Positions 1-9,821 of a DNA stretch of 64,000 nt are shown here, piece by piece (the stretch's first letter is position 1; every line of letters starts with the position of its first letter). The stretch spans positions 2,604,001 through 2,668,000 of the forward strand of contig NC_058383.1 in assembly GCF_018350175.1 (NCBI RefSeq), read 5' to 3'. The DNA is from Felis catus. Lineage: Eukaryota. Under the pieces are notes generated by a model. That model had not been told where the DNA came from, did no database searches, and saw only the letters and a list, made by a program, of their open reading frames with translations. Both the position numbers and the translations under genes were made by a program.

Positions 1-29
1 TGGCCTCGGGTGGCCCCATCCGCTTTCCC

Positions 30-620
30 CCCTACAGCCCGTGAACTTCCTAACATGCCCATGTGTCACTTTGCTTCCTGTGGACAACCCCACGCGACCT
101 CCCGCTGATCTGAGGACAAAGCCCAAGCCCCTCCCCTGGCCCGCGGGGTGCCACGTGGTCTGGCTTCTGTCCACCCCACCACCGGTGCTTTCCTCCCCTG
201 CCGCTGGGCCCTCCCATCCGGCTGTGGACGCCTTCGTTCCTCCTCTGCCCTCGGCTGCCCTGCACACGTGCTCCCCTCTGCCTCGAACGCTCTGCCCCCA
301 GCTGCCCTCCACACCGCCCCCCTTCACCACCTGACCGCTCTTTCTCCCGCGCTTTTCGGGGGAGACGAAGCTTCCTCCCTCAAGGCTTTCTGGAGCCTCG
401 CGTCCTGGACAGGTGCCTGTGGCCGACACTGCTGTGTTCTATTTTCCACAGCCGACCTCATCAACAGCCCTCCTCCCCCCGGTGGCTCTGTGATCTTGCC
501 CCCCGTCTGCCACCCCCATCGAGACCAGGGGGCCTAGCTCCTTCCCTCCCCTCAGATGCGGGCAGGCCTTAGCGACTGTTGGCTCGCGGCCAACAGAATT
601 CGGTGGAAAGGATGCTGCGT
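30..620 (-). mobile_element. Degenerate L2 LINE fragment
   Basis: Pyrimidine-rich run resembling the reverse-complement L2 3' region (e.g. ctgaggacaaagcccaagcccctcccctggc...gtggtctggcttctg). Boundaries approximate. Confidence 0.5.
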
Positions 621-1039
621 GACGCCGGGGCTCTGTCGCCTGGGGCCGTGCAGGTGGCCCACTCTTCGGACGCTCATCTCAGATGCTCCTCTGGGAGCCC
701 AGGTGCCATGCTGTCAGGAAGCCCGAGCCGCACGGAGAGCCCGGCCTTCAAGACGTTCTAGTCCAGGAGCCAGATGTGATGACAGAAGCCTCCAGATGAT
801 TCAGGCCCTCGGCCATCCGATTCACCCCAGTCACCTTCCCAGTTGAGGGAGCGGAGAGGGGCCATCCCTGCCATGCCCTGTGCAAAGTTCTGCCCCACCG
901 AATCCCCGAGCGCGCAAAATCACGGTCGTGCCGTGTCCTTAGGTTTGTTAACACAGCGATAAACAAGTGGCTACCAAACACCCGTCCCACATTTCCTCTT
1001 CCTTGCTGAAAGAATTCTGGTCTTGTTCGGAGTGGCTGT

Positions 1040-1405
1040 GTGCCCACCCAAGCACTGGCTCTTCTCGCCTGCCTTGCAGCGGGGGTGGCCGTGTGACACA
1101 GTCGAGGGTTCTGAGAAAGCGTTTCCCTTCCTGTTAAGAGGAAACAGCACGGCTTGTGCTCCCATGCTTTCCCCTTTCTGCCTGGAAGGAGAGCGTGATG
1201 GCTGGAGCTACAGCAGTCCTCTTGTGATCCTGAGGGAAAGTTCCAAGAGATTTGCCAACATGTGGGTTTGACATCATGGAGTGACTGAACCGACACCGAC
1301 AGCCACCTCCCTGGACCTTCCTGTTAGGTGGGAGAAAGGACTCCGTTTGGGTCTGAGGCTCTGCAGCCAGGATTTTGCTCTCTGCAGCGGATGTGTTCCT
1401 GACTA
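1040..1405 (+). mobile_element. Ancient ERVL/MaLR-type LTR fragment (LTR33/MLT1-like)
   Basis: tctgcctggaaggagagcgtgatggctggagctacagcagtcctcttgtgatcctgaggg resembles the recalled LTR33/MLT1K core. Confidence 0.45.
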
Positions 1406-2049
1406 CTTCCACACTCCTCATCTGCGCTGACACTTCTATCCCTCGAGCTCATCTCCCCACCAGAGGTAAGCTCTATGTGGGTGGGGGCCACGTCTGTCCC
1501 TTCTCCATCATGTCTATCAAGCCCCGAGTGTGGCATATTGGAGGCGCTTAAATGTTCCCTGAATGACATCCAGTCAACGAAGGTCTGACGATTTCCAGAG
1601 CCTCAGAGACATTTCTAGCCTGTCAGTGTCATGGGCAAGGTCTCTGATGCCCACTCTAGCACCCCCTGTCCCCAGGGTCGCGGGAAGCCTCACTTTTCCT
1701 TGTAGTCGGACTTGGGTCAGGCGGAGGAAACGTTTCTCACCACAGAGCTGTGTGGGAAGCTTCCTCCCCTGCATTTCTTCCCTCTGGTATTAACAAATGT
1801 TAATTTCCCGCAATGATCGTTGGCCTTTCGAGTGCCCTTTACAGTGCTATAATTTTGTGACTTCACTGAAAACACCAACCTTGTAATTCTACTTGGCCTT
1901 ACAGAAAAATCCTTGGAGGATGTGTTCTAAGTCAGGGGGAAGTCCAGGTAATTTTTTTTTCTTTTTTTTTTTTTTGCTCATAGGGTCTATTCCGCTTCGT
2001 GCACGGATCACACGTCTTGCACGTGAATGCTCGTACTTGTTCTAAATTG

Positions 2050-2097
2050 AGATAAATTTAGATTTATCTAGATAGATTTAGATTTATCTAGATAAAT
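2050..2097. repeat. 20-bp tandem duplication containing palindromes
   Basis: gataaatttagatttatcta / gatagatttagatttatcta / gataaat. Perfect 16-bp palindrome atttatctagataaat at 2082-2097. Confidence 0.9.
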
Positions 2098-3362
2098 GGC
2101 TGCTGGTTTGCGTATCTGTCTCGCCCCACTGCACCCCTCTCTGATGCGCTTTGCTCACAAACGGTCGCCTATGCCGTTGGCCACACTTTTAGGCTCAGTG
2201 ACCTTTAGTGTAGCTTTGATTTCAAAACGTCCAGTAAAAATCTCCTCTTTAGTTTTCCTTCGAATGCGAGGTCAAGCTGATGGGCACTGTGTGCCCCTCG
2301 CTCACGGGCATTCTCCGCGCCTGGACTCTGATGCATGTTGCGCACCTGTTACCCGCTTCCCAGGTTTCCAGGAGGACAGATCATGACTAGGGACCAACTA
2401 TTGTGTGGGATGGGACAGACCCCGGGGTGGTCTTTGCTCCTCACTCGCCTGGGTTGGGATTCCAGCTCGGGGCCTCACTCGCTTTGTGACCCTACACAGT
2501 TTTCTGAGCCTTTCTGTGCCTCACTTTCCGCACCGGAAGCGCGGGGACATAGACTGTTTGGGGGATTGGCTTTGCTAGGACACGACAGCGGCTGCCAGCA
2601 GAGCCCAAACCACACGCCCCCTGAACACAGGCGGCCGAGGCGGGCACACGTCAGCTGCGCGGAGGGGTGTGTCTGCAGCGGGCCTGGGAGGTAGTGCGTG
2701 TCGGGAAATGTCACAGGCGTCTCCCGGCCTCCTCCTTCCCGCTCGTCAAAGGAAGGAGATGACTCAGTAGTTGAGAGCTACGCGACTTGGAAGAGACACG
2801 CATCTACCTCTGCTTGGTTTTGGGGAGGGATGACCCTGAACTCCACTCCCTGAGCGGAACACCTCCGACCAGCCGCGAACAGAGGCGCACGAAGCCGGTG
2901 TTTTTGCAAGGCCTTCGCTTCGCTCCGCGTGGTGGCAGGGCGGTGAGGGGCTCCGGCGATAGAGGGCCGCCAGGTGGGAGTCACGGCCTCGGTGTCCCAC
3001 TGCCCTGGGACCCGTTCTCCCTGACAGTAACAGGAGCCCCGGCCGTGACCCCTCCCTGGGGAGGAATGTTGGCCTGGGGGCGGAACCCTGGGCAATTGTG
3101 CGTGGAGGTCTGCGATGTTAATATAAAACCCAGACTTAACCGTGGTCTGTGTAATCCGGGGAAATCCCCAAGAATCCAAAAACATGCCAGTTCTAAGTCA
3201 GCTCCTTCGGCCCAGAGGAGGCCAGGGTGAGACCCTCTCCCCCAGTTCTCAGCCAGATACACTGTCTCTTTCCAGCGGAGAGGAGGGAGGCTTTCTGCCA
3301 CAGTCCAGAAACATGGGCAGGGTCCTGTGTCTCCCAGTCGGGCACACAATTCAAATAATCAC

Positions 3363-3556
3363 TTATTTCTTGTTGGTTTATTATTTGAGGGAGAGAGAGA
3401 GAACAGGGAAGGCGCAGAGAGACACGGAATCAGAAGCAGGCTCCAGGCTCTGAGCTGTCAGCACAGAGCCCGATGCGGGGCTCAGACCCACAGACCGCGA
3501 GATCATGACCTGAGCTGTAGACGGCCGCCCAACCCACTAAGCCACCCAGGCGCTCC
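3363..3556 (-). mobile_element. Can-SINE (SINEC)
   Basis: Reverse-complement SINEC body (gcaggctccaggctctgagctgtcagcacagagccc...gccacccaggcg). TSD tcaaataatca at 3351-3361 and 3557-3567. Confidence 0.95.
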
Positions 3557-3647
3557 TCAAATAATCATTTAAAGAAATCAGTTTGAATGACACTTAGCCT
3601 CTACCGCACTCCAAACAGAAAACCCAGAGCTACAGAAGCTTCTAGAA

Positions 3648-3960
3648 CAGAGCCTGGCAAACTTTCTCTGGAAAGAGCCAGATAGTAAAGATTTTAGGCA
3701 TTGCCAACCGTCCAGTCTCTGAAGCAACTTGAGTTGTGATGTGAGAACAGCCACATCACAGATGTGGCTGTGTTCCAAGAAACCTTTACGCATGGACACT
3801 GGAATCTGAATTTCGTATATTTTTCACATGTAACATATTACCCTGCCTCTGATTTTTCCCCCCAGCCATTTAAAAATGTAAAAGCATTCTTAGCTCATAA
3901 GCCAAACAAACACAGATGGCTGGCTGGCTCTGTCCTGAGAGTTACAGTACCAGCCTCTGT
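3648..3960 (+). mobile_element. MER58B-like hAT-Charlie DNA transposon
   Basis: Starts cagagcctggcaaactttctctggaaagagccagatagtaaagattttaggc and includes ccatttaaaaatgtaaaagcattcttagctc, both matching the recalled MER58 consensus. Confidence 0.75.
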
Positions 3961-4147
3961 TCTAATAGTTAACACCGGTGAAAGACTTATCACCTTGACC
4001 AAGGTTTTCTTGTCAGGACACGAAAAGCACTAACCATGAAATTCAAAATCGGAAAAATTGGATGTCACCAAAATTAAAAGTTTCTGCTCTTTCTAAGATG
4101 GTGTTAAGAACATTCTCATCAAAAGACATCATTTAAGAAATTTTTTT

Positions 4148-4366
4148 TTTAATTTTTTTTTTCAACGTTTATTTATTTTTGGGACAGAGAGAGACAGAGC
4201 GTGAACGGGGGAGGGGCAGAGAGAGAGGGAGACACAGAATCAGAAACAGGCTCCAGGCTCCGAGCCATCAGCCCAGAGCCCGACGCGGGGCTCGAACTCC
4301 CGGACCGCGAGATCGTGACCTGAGCTGAAGTCGGACGCTTAACCGACTGTGCCACCCAGGCGCCCC
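4148..4366 (-). mobile_element. Young feline Can-SINE inserted in the tail of the adjacent SINE
   Basis: SINEC_Fc-like body. TSD ttaagaaattttttt at 4133-4147 and 4367-4381. Confidence 0.95.
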
Positions 4367-4381
4367 TTAAGAAATTTTTTT

Positions 4382-4576
4382 AACATTTATTCATTTTTGA
4401 GAGACAGAGAGCACGAGTGGGGGAGGGGCAGAGAGAGGGAGACACAGAATCCAAAGCAGGCTCCGGGCTCCGAGCTGTCAGCACAGAGCCCGACGCGGGG
4501 CTCGAACCCACGAACCGTGAGATCATGACCTGAGCTGAAGTTGGGCACTCAACCGACAGAGCCACCCAGGCGCCCC
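4382..4576 (-). mobile_element. Can-SINE
   Basis: SINEC body. Outer TSD aaagacatcatt at 4122-4133 and 4578-4589. Confidence 0.95.
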
Positions 4577-4706
4577 TAAAGACATCATTAAGATAGGGCA
4601 CAGACTGGAAAAATATTGCCAGTACGTGTATCTGGCAAAAAGATTTGCACCCAGAACATGGAGAGAACTCTTATGAATGAACACTAAGAGACAACAGCTG
4701 AATCTT

Positions 4707-4931
4707 TTTTTTTAAAAATTTTTTTTTTCAACGTTTATTTATTTTTGGGACAGAGAGAGACAGAGCATGAACGGGCGAGGGGCAGAGAGAGAGGGAGACA
4801 CAGAATCGGAAACAGGCTCCAGGCTCCGAGCCATCAGCCCAGAGCCCGACGCGGGGCTCGAACTCACGGACCGCGAGATCGTGACCTGGCTGAAGTCGGA
4901 CGCTTAACCGATTGCGCCACCCAGGCGCCCC
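4707..4931 (-). mobile_element. Young feline Can-SINE
   Basis: Near-consensus CpG-rich body. TSD acaacagctg(a/c)atctt at 4691-4706 and 4932-4947. Confidence 0.95.
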
Positions 4932-5451
4932 ACAACAGCTGCATCTTAAAGATGAACAAAAGACTCGATCAGGCCCCTTGCCAAAAAAGATGTAAGAACG
5001 GTCGATAAATACATCAGAGGTTCTCAACGCCTCCTGCCATCAAGGAAATGCAGGTCCCAGCCGCAGTACACAGAACGGCTCAAACACAAGAGCCTAACAG
5101 CACCGAATGTTGGCAAAGCCGAGGAAATGAGACTCCCCGGTGTGGGCGACGGGAATGCGAAACGGTACGATCCTTTGGCAGAACTGTATATTATAAACTT
5201 AACAGCGTACCTACCCTATGACTCGGCACTTTGGCGTTTACCCAAGAGAGATGAAAACGCATGTCTGTAAAGCGACTTGCACAAGAAGGGGTCCTGAGCA
5301 GAAAACAGCCAAAATGTGCATCAGCAGAATGAAAAGACAAGTGGGGTACTTATGCGACAAGAATGCTACTCAACAGCAAAAAAGAACAAATCCCTGATAC
5401 ATGCAACATCGTGGATGATTATTTTTATTAAAGACTTAATGTTTAAAAAAA

Positions 5452-5606
5452 TTTTTTTAATGTTTATTTATGGTTTGAGACACAGAAGGCGTGCAAGCAG
5501 GGGAGGGGCAGAGAGAGAGGGAGACACAGAATCGGAAGCAGGCTCCAGGCTCTGAGCAGTGAGAACAGAGCCCGACACAGGGCTCCAACTCACGACACTG
5601 GGATCA
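5452..5606 (-). mobile_element. 5'-truncated Can-SINE
   Basis: SINE tail and body present but ends at ...cacgacactgggatca without the A-box head. Confidence 0.9.
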
Positions 5607-5623
5607 AGTATAAAATACCCTAA

Positions 5624-5822
5624 GGGGTGCCTGGGTGGCTCAGTCGGTTAAGTGTCCGAATTCAGCTCAGGTTGTGATCTCGCAGTTTGTGAGTTCGAGC
5701 CCCGCATCGGGCTCTGTGCTGACAGCTCGGAGCCTGGAGCCTGCTTCCGATTCTGTGTCTCCCTCTCTCTCTGCCCTTCCCTGCTCACGTTCTGTCTCTG
5801 TCTCAATAAATAAACGTTTAAA
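5624..5822 (+). mobile_element. Can-SINE
   Basis: ggggtgcctgggtggctcagtcggttaag head. TSD aaaata(c/t)cctaa at 5612-5623 and 5823-5834. Confidence 0.95.
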
Positions 5823-6586
5823 AAAATATCCTAAAAATCCTCTGTTCTCCCCCTATTCATTCCTTCCTTCCCCAACCCTCAGCAATCCCTGATCTTTTTA
5901 TTGTCTTCGTGGCCTTTGTCTTTTCCAGAATGTCGTGGAGGTAGAATCCTACAGCACCTAACCTTCTCAGTTTGGCTTCTTTCACTCCATAATTTGCATT
6001 TAAGGTTCCTCTGTGTTTTTTCATGGCTTGGTAGCTCATTTCTTCATACTGCTGAATAATATCCCATGGTCTGGAAGGACCACTGTTTGTTTATCCATTC
6101 ATCCATTGAAGGGCATCTTGGTTGTTTCCAAGTTTTGACGATGATGAATAAAGCTGCTATACACATCCGTGTGCAAGTTTTGAAAAGACATACGTTTTCA
6201 GCTCCTTTGGGTAAATACCAAGGATTTGTATGTTAAGTGTATGTCTAGTTTTGTAAATAACCGCCAAATTGTCTTTCAGCGTGGCCGCACACACTATTTG
6301 ACATTCCCCCCAGCGATGAATGATGGACGGTCCCTGAATAGTTCGAAGCTCCACATCCTTGTCAGCGTTTGATGTGGTCAGAGTTCTGGATTTCAGCCAT
6401 GTGCAGTGCTCCTGGATGATTCTTGAAAACAATTACACTGACCAACATAAGCAGGACACAAAAGAGAATATCCTATATAATCCCATTTGCGGGAACGCAA
6501 GGACAAAGGATAATCTATGATGACAGAAGCCAGACAGGGGTTGCCTGGGTGTGGAGGTAGGAAATTGACAGGAAAGGGGGAAGAGG

Positions 6587-7030
6587 GAACTTTCTGGGCC
6601 GACGGAAATATCCTAATCTTCATTGTCAACGCGTTGGCTGCGAGCCACACGATACTGTCTTGAGTTGTGACTGGTACAATTGAGGGACCAAATTTTTTGT
6701 TTTATTTAATTTTAAATTGAGTTTAAAAACAAGGATGGGGCGTCTGGGTGGCGCAGTCGGTTAAGCGTCCGACTTCAGCCAGGTCACGATCTCGCGGTCC
6801 GTGAGCCTGAGCCCTGCGTCGGGCTCTGGGCTGACGGCTCGGAGCCTGGAGCCTGTTTCCGATTCTGTGTCTCCCTCTCTCTCTGCCCCTCCCCCGTTCG
6901 CGCTCTGTCTCTGTCTCAAAAATAAATAAACGTTAAAAAAAATTAAAAAAAAAAACAAGGAGCACATGTGGCTGCTACAAAGTTTGGAATTGCGGGTGTG
7001 GCTCTGATCACGTCGCGACTGGACACGGCC
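6587..7030 (+). mobile_element. MER3/MER33-like hAT remnant split by a SINE
   Basis: gaactttctgggccgacggaaat...ttttatttaattttaaatt...cacatgtggct...actggacac resembles the recalled MER3 consensus. Confidence 0.5.
6737..6950 (+). mobile_element. Young feline Can-SINE
   Basis: ggggcgtctgggtggcgcagtcggttaagcgtccgacttcagccaggtcacg. TSD aaaaacaagga at 6725-6735 and 6951-6961. Confidence 0.95.
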
Positions 7031-7374
7031 GTCCTATTTCTTTTTCCGGGTGGTGGTTACCCGAGTGTGTGCCACTGTCCAAACTTGTTGAATGAACTAA
7101 GCACCCAAGGGCTTTGCATTGAATTGTGTGTGAATCACAGTTCAGTCAAAAAATGACACCACATGACCCCTACTCGACTAATTGATGGCATTAGAAACCA
7201 GGCAGGTGGAAAGCCGGTGGCGGGAGGGAAATGAGATTTCTGGGGGGCTGACACGTTCTTTTTCTTGGGGTGGATGCTGATCATACCGTGAGCTCAGTTT
7301 GTGACCATTCATTGAACTTCATGTTTGAAGACAGAAAATATATTTCTTTAATACACACTCTTGTTCTTGTGTTT

Positions 7375-7573
7375 TTAGAGTTCATGTATTTTCAGAGAGA
7401 GAGAGAGAGAGAGCGCGTGCAGGGGAGGGGCAGAGAGAGGGAGACACAGAATCCGAAGCAGGCTCCAGGCTCTGAGCTGTCAGCACAGAGCCCGACGCGG
7501 GGCTCTAACCCACAAACTGAGATCATGACCTGAGCCGAAGTCGGAAGCTCAACCGACCGAGCCACCCAGGTGC
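7375..7573 (-). mobile_element. Can-SINE
   Basis: (GA)n plus SINEC body ending gccacccaggtgc. Confidence 0.93.
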
Positions 7574-7949
7574 GTGTCCTGGGCTGCGGACGCCGCGTGT
7601 CCTGGGCTGGGCTCTCCAGAAGCTGATCCGCGGGGGAGGAGTCACGGGAAAGTAAAGACCCTCAGATAGAAAGTATTCCCCGGAGAAACCGCTGGGAAAA
7701 TTTCCAAAGGAAGCGGGAGTGGCAAGGCAAGGAGGCCAGATGAGGGCGCAAAGGCCAACACAATCCCGCGGGGAGGCGCTGCGGCGACCGAGAGGGAGCC
7801 CAAGGGTCCGCCCCTCCCGGAGCACCTGCCCTTCCGTAATGGCCTAGCGCTTGGAATAGGGCAAACCTGTTCAACAACAGGGTCTCGAGGAGGAGACCCA
7901 GTACGCTCCTGAGGCTCGGTCACAGGAGACATTGTGTTTCTCCCTCGCA

Positions 7950-8265
7950 CTCTGGGGGAGGCCAGCTGCCATGTGTGAGGGCACCCGAGCCGTCCGCGCA
8001 GAGGCCCCTGCGGGAGGACCTGAGGCCTTCAGGTGATGGCCATTGCCACCTGGCTAGCCATGCGAGGGCACCATCTTGGAAGCAGAGCCTTCCTCCCCGG
8101 GGGAGCCTCCCGGGGGAACGTCTCGATTGCAACCTCATGAGAGCACCCAGCTCAGCCACGTGCCAGCTACTGACTCACGGAGACTGAGATAATAAATGTT
8201 TGTTATTATTTTAAATCGCAGAACTTAAGGTGAATCTGTTCACATGGCCATAAAGAACCGATAAA
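7950..8265 (+). mobile_element. MLT1 (MaLR) LTR 3' part
   Basis: tgcaacctcatgagag...gagactgagataataaatgtttgttattattttaa is the characteristic MLT1 polyA-signal region. Confidence 0.7.
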
Positions 8266-8689
8266 GTCATTCTGCCTCAGTCACGGGGGGGAGCTCTGGA
8301 GACACCACAAGTCATGTCTTAGAGTGTCCCAATCGGTGGGAGCTGGAGCGCCCAAGTCCCCAGACCCGTCGGTCACTGGTTCAGAGCTGCTGGGGGTGGG
8401 TTGGGGACAGCCCTCCCCCCCAGGCACTGCTGGCTTCCTATGCAGGCAGGGGAGTGGGTACAGCAGGCAGAAGTCAGCCTCCCACAACGACATCCAGGGG
8501 GCAGCTGTGGGGGTTGAAACGCGGCAAGAGGGGCTCGTGTGCGCATCAGGGCAAAGGGATTTGAGGGAACGTGAGCGGAGCCCTGACGGCATCGGCCACA
8601 GGGGCAAATCAGGCAGGTGTGTGGGGGTGGGGGTGGGGAGGGTGTGCGCGGTGCAGCCCCGGATCTCAGACCTGGAGGAGGCGGCACCG

Positions 8690-8885
8690 AGCCCGTGGTT
8701 AAGGGCACGGTGTGGCTCCGGACGGCTGGGTTTGAACCCCGGGCGTGTCGCTCTTTCGGAGCCTCGAACACCTCATCCGTCAAGTGGGGCAACGGTGGTC
8801 CAGTTCACAGGGTTGCGTGAAGGTTCAGTGGGATTCCCGCCGGCCTGCTGTTAGCCCACGGTCAGTGACTATTTGGTATTATTAC
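8690..8885 (+). mobile_element. MIR SINE remnant
   Basis: gtggttaagggcacgg...ctgggtttgaacccc...cctcatccgtcaagtgggg core. Confidence 0.6.
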
Positions 8886-9795
8886 CAGTACTATCTATGG
8901 CAATGGAGGAGCTACCATGAGGCACCAGTCAGCAAGCTGGGGCAGAGCTGGGGACACCTGTTCCCCCAGAAAACAACACCTTAATCCAGTTCTGGGAGGG
9001 TTTGCCAAAGAGACGGGCCAAGATGGGGTTTTGTCTGTCCCGTTCGTCGGTCACGCTGAAAGACCCCTACCCAGCTCTCACGGGGACCAGGCGGGGCCGG
9101 GCCAGCAAATGAGGAGTGGGGAAATGGGGCAGTGTCCCCTCAGCTAGAATTTCATTACTGCCCAGGGGCCTTGGAAGCCTGCTTCTAAGGCCCTCTGGCC
9201 TCAGACCCTCAGACAAGACCACTGATCCAACGGTCACGCTCCAGCCGATTCAGCCGGGGTGTTCAGGACTGCCTGTGACGCAGCGCTAAATACCCCGGAG
9301 ATGTGATTCTTGCCGACATCTGCCCGACTGGGGAGACTGGAACCAGGGCTGTTCACTCGCTCACCTCTGGGGGGCACCGCCGACACTGGATCTTCCCCGG
9401 TTCCCCCACCGGCAGCGCTAAATTTCCAAGTACATGTGTATGCTTCTAGGGCCCAGGGTGTAGCCGCATGGCTTCACAGAACTCTGGTGCTTGGGAGCTG
9501 GGACGGACTTGGGAGTCTGGAGGTAACTCGTCCCCTTGTATCACAGACCCGCGGCTTCCTCCATGCAACGTTATCTATTGATTTCTATTTAATAGTGACT
9601 GATGCGGCTCTTGGGCCTTCCTCTGATGAATCCAAGTTGTCCGTCAAGGAGGAGAGACAGGGCGGGAGAGAAGCATTATTATTCCAAAGCACAGTCATTA
9701 GATTAATAGCAAGCTCAAAGCCACACCGTCAGCATGGGGAGGATCAATGCAATAACAGAGGTGAGGCTCTCCAGAGAAGAGAGCGGCTTCTCAAA

Positions 9796-9821
9796 CACGT
9801 GTCCTATTTATAGATCACGTG
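9796..9821. promoter_or_regulatory. Symmetric E-box / MEF2 / E-box motif cassette (predicted)
   Basis: CACGTG-tc-CTATTTATAG-at-CACGTG. The middle 10-mer fits the MEF2 consensus CTA(A/T)4TAG exactly. Confidence 0.5.

Larger units (their letters stand above)
5421..6412 (-). mobile_element. L1MC/MD-like 3' fragment inserted antisense into the older L1
   Basis: Reverse L1 3' motifs (ttatccattcatccattgaagggcatcttggttgtttccaagtttt; ctcctttgggtaaataccaagga). Flanked by tggatgatt at 5412-5420 and 6413-6421. Confidence 0.75.
3990..7155 (+). mobile_element. Old L1M (L1MC/ME-like) ORF2 end and 3'UTR, interrupted by multiple nested insertions
   Basis: Colinear L1 segments: caaaattaaaagtttctgctct, caaggaaatgcag, gaatgctactcaacagcaaaaaagaacaaa...tggatgatt, resuming at 6413 and again near 7030. 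Confidence 0.65.

Noticed and set aside
4173..5027. Recurrent ORFs such as MAQSVKRPTSAQV.., GAPGWRSRLSVRL.. and RGRERGRHRIGNRLQ.. here and elsewhere
   Set aside because: Translations of Can-SINE copies, not a gene family.
5624..5710. tRNA-like A and B boxes in SINE heads
   Set aside because: Can-SINEs derive from tRNA; these are not functional tRNA genes.
7572..7609. 15-bp direct repeat gcgtgtcctgggctg at a SINE 5' junction
   Set aside because: Small slippage or junction duplication with no sign of function.
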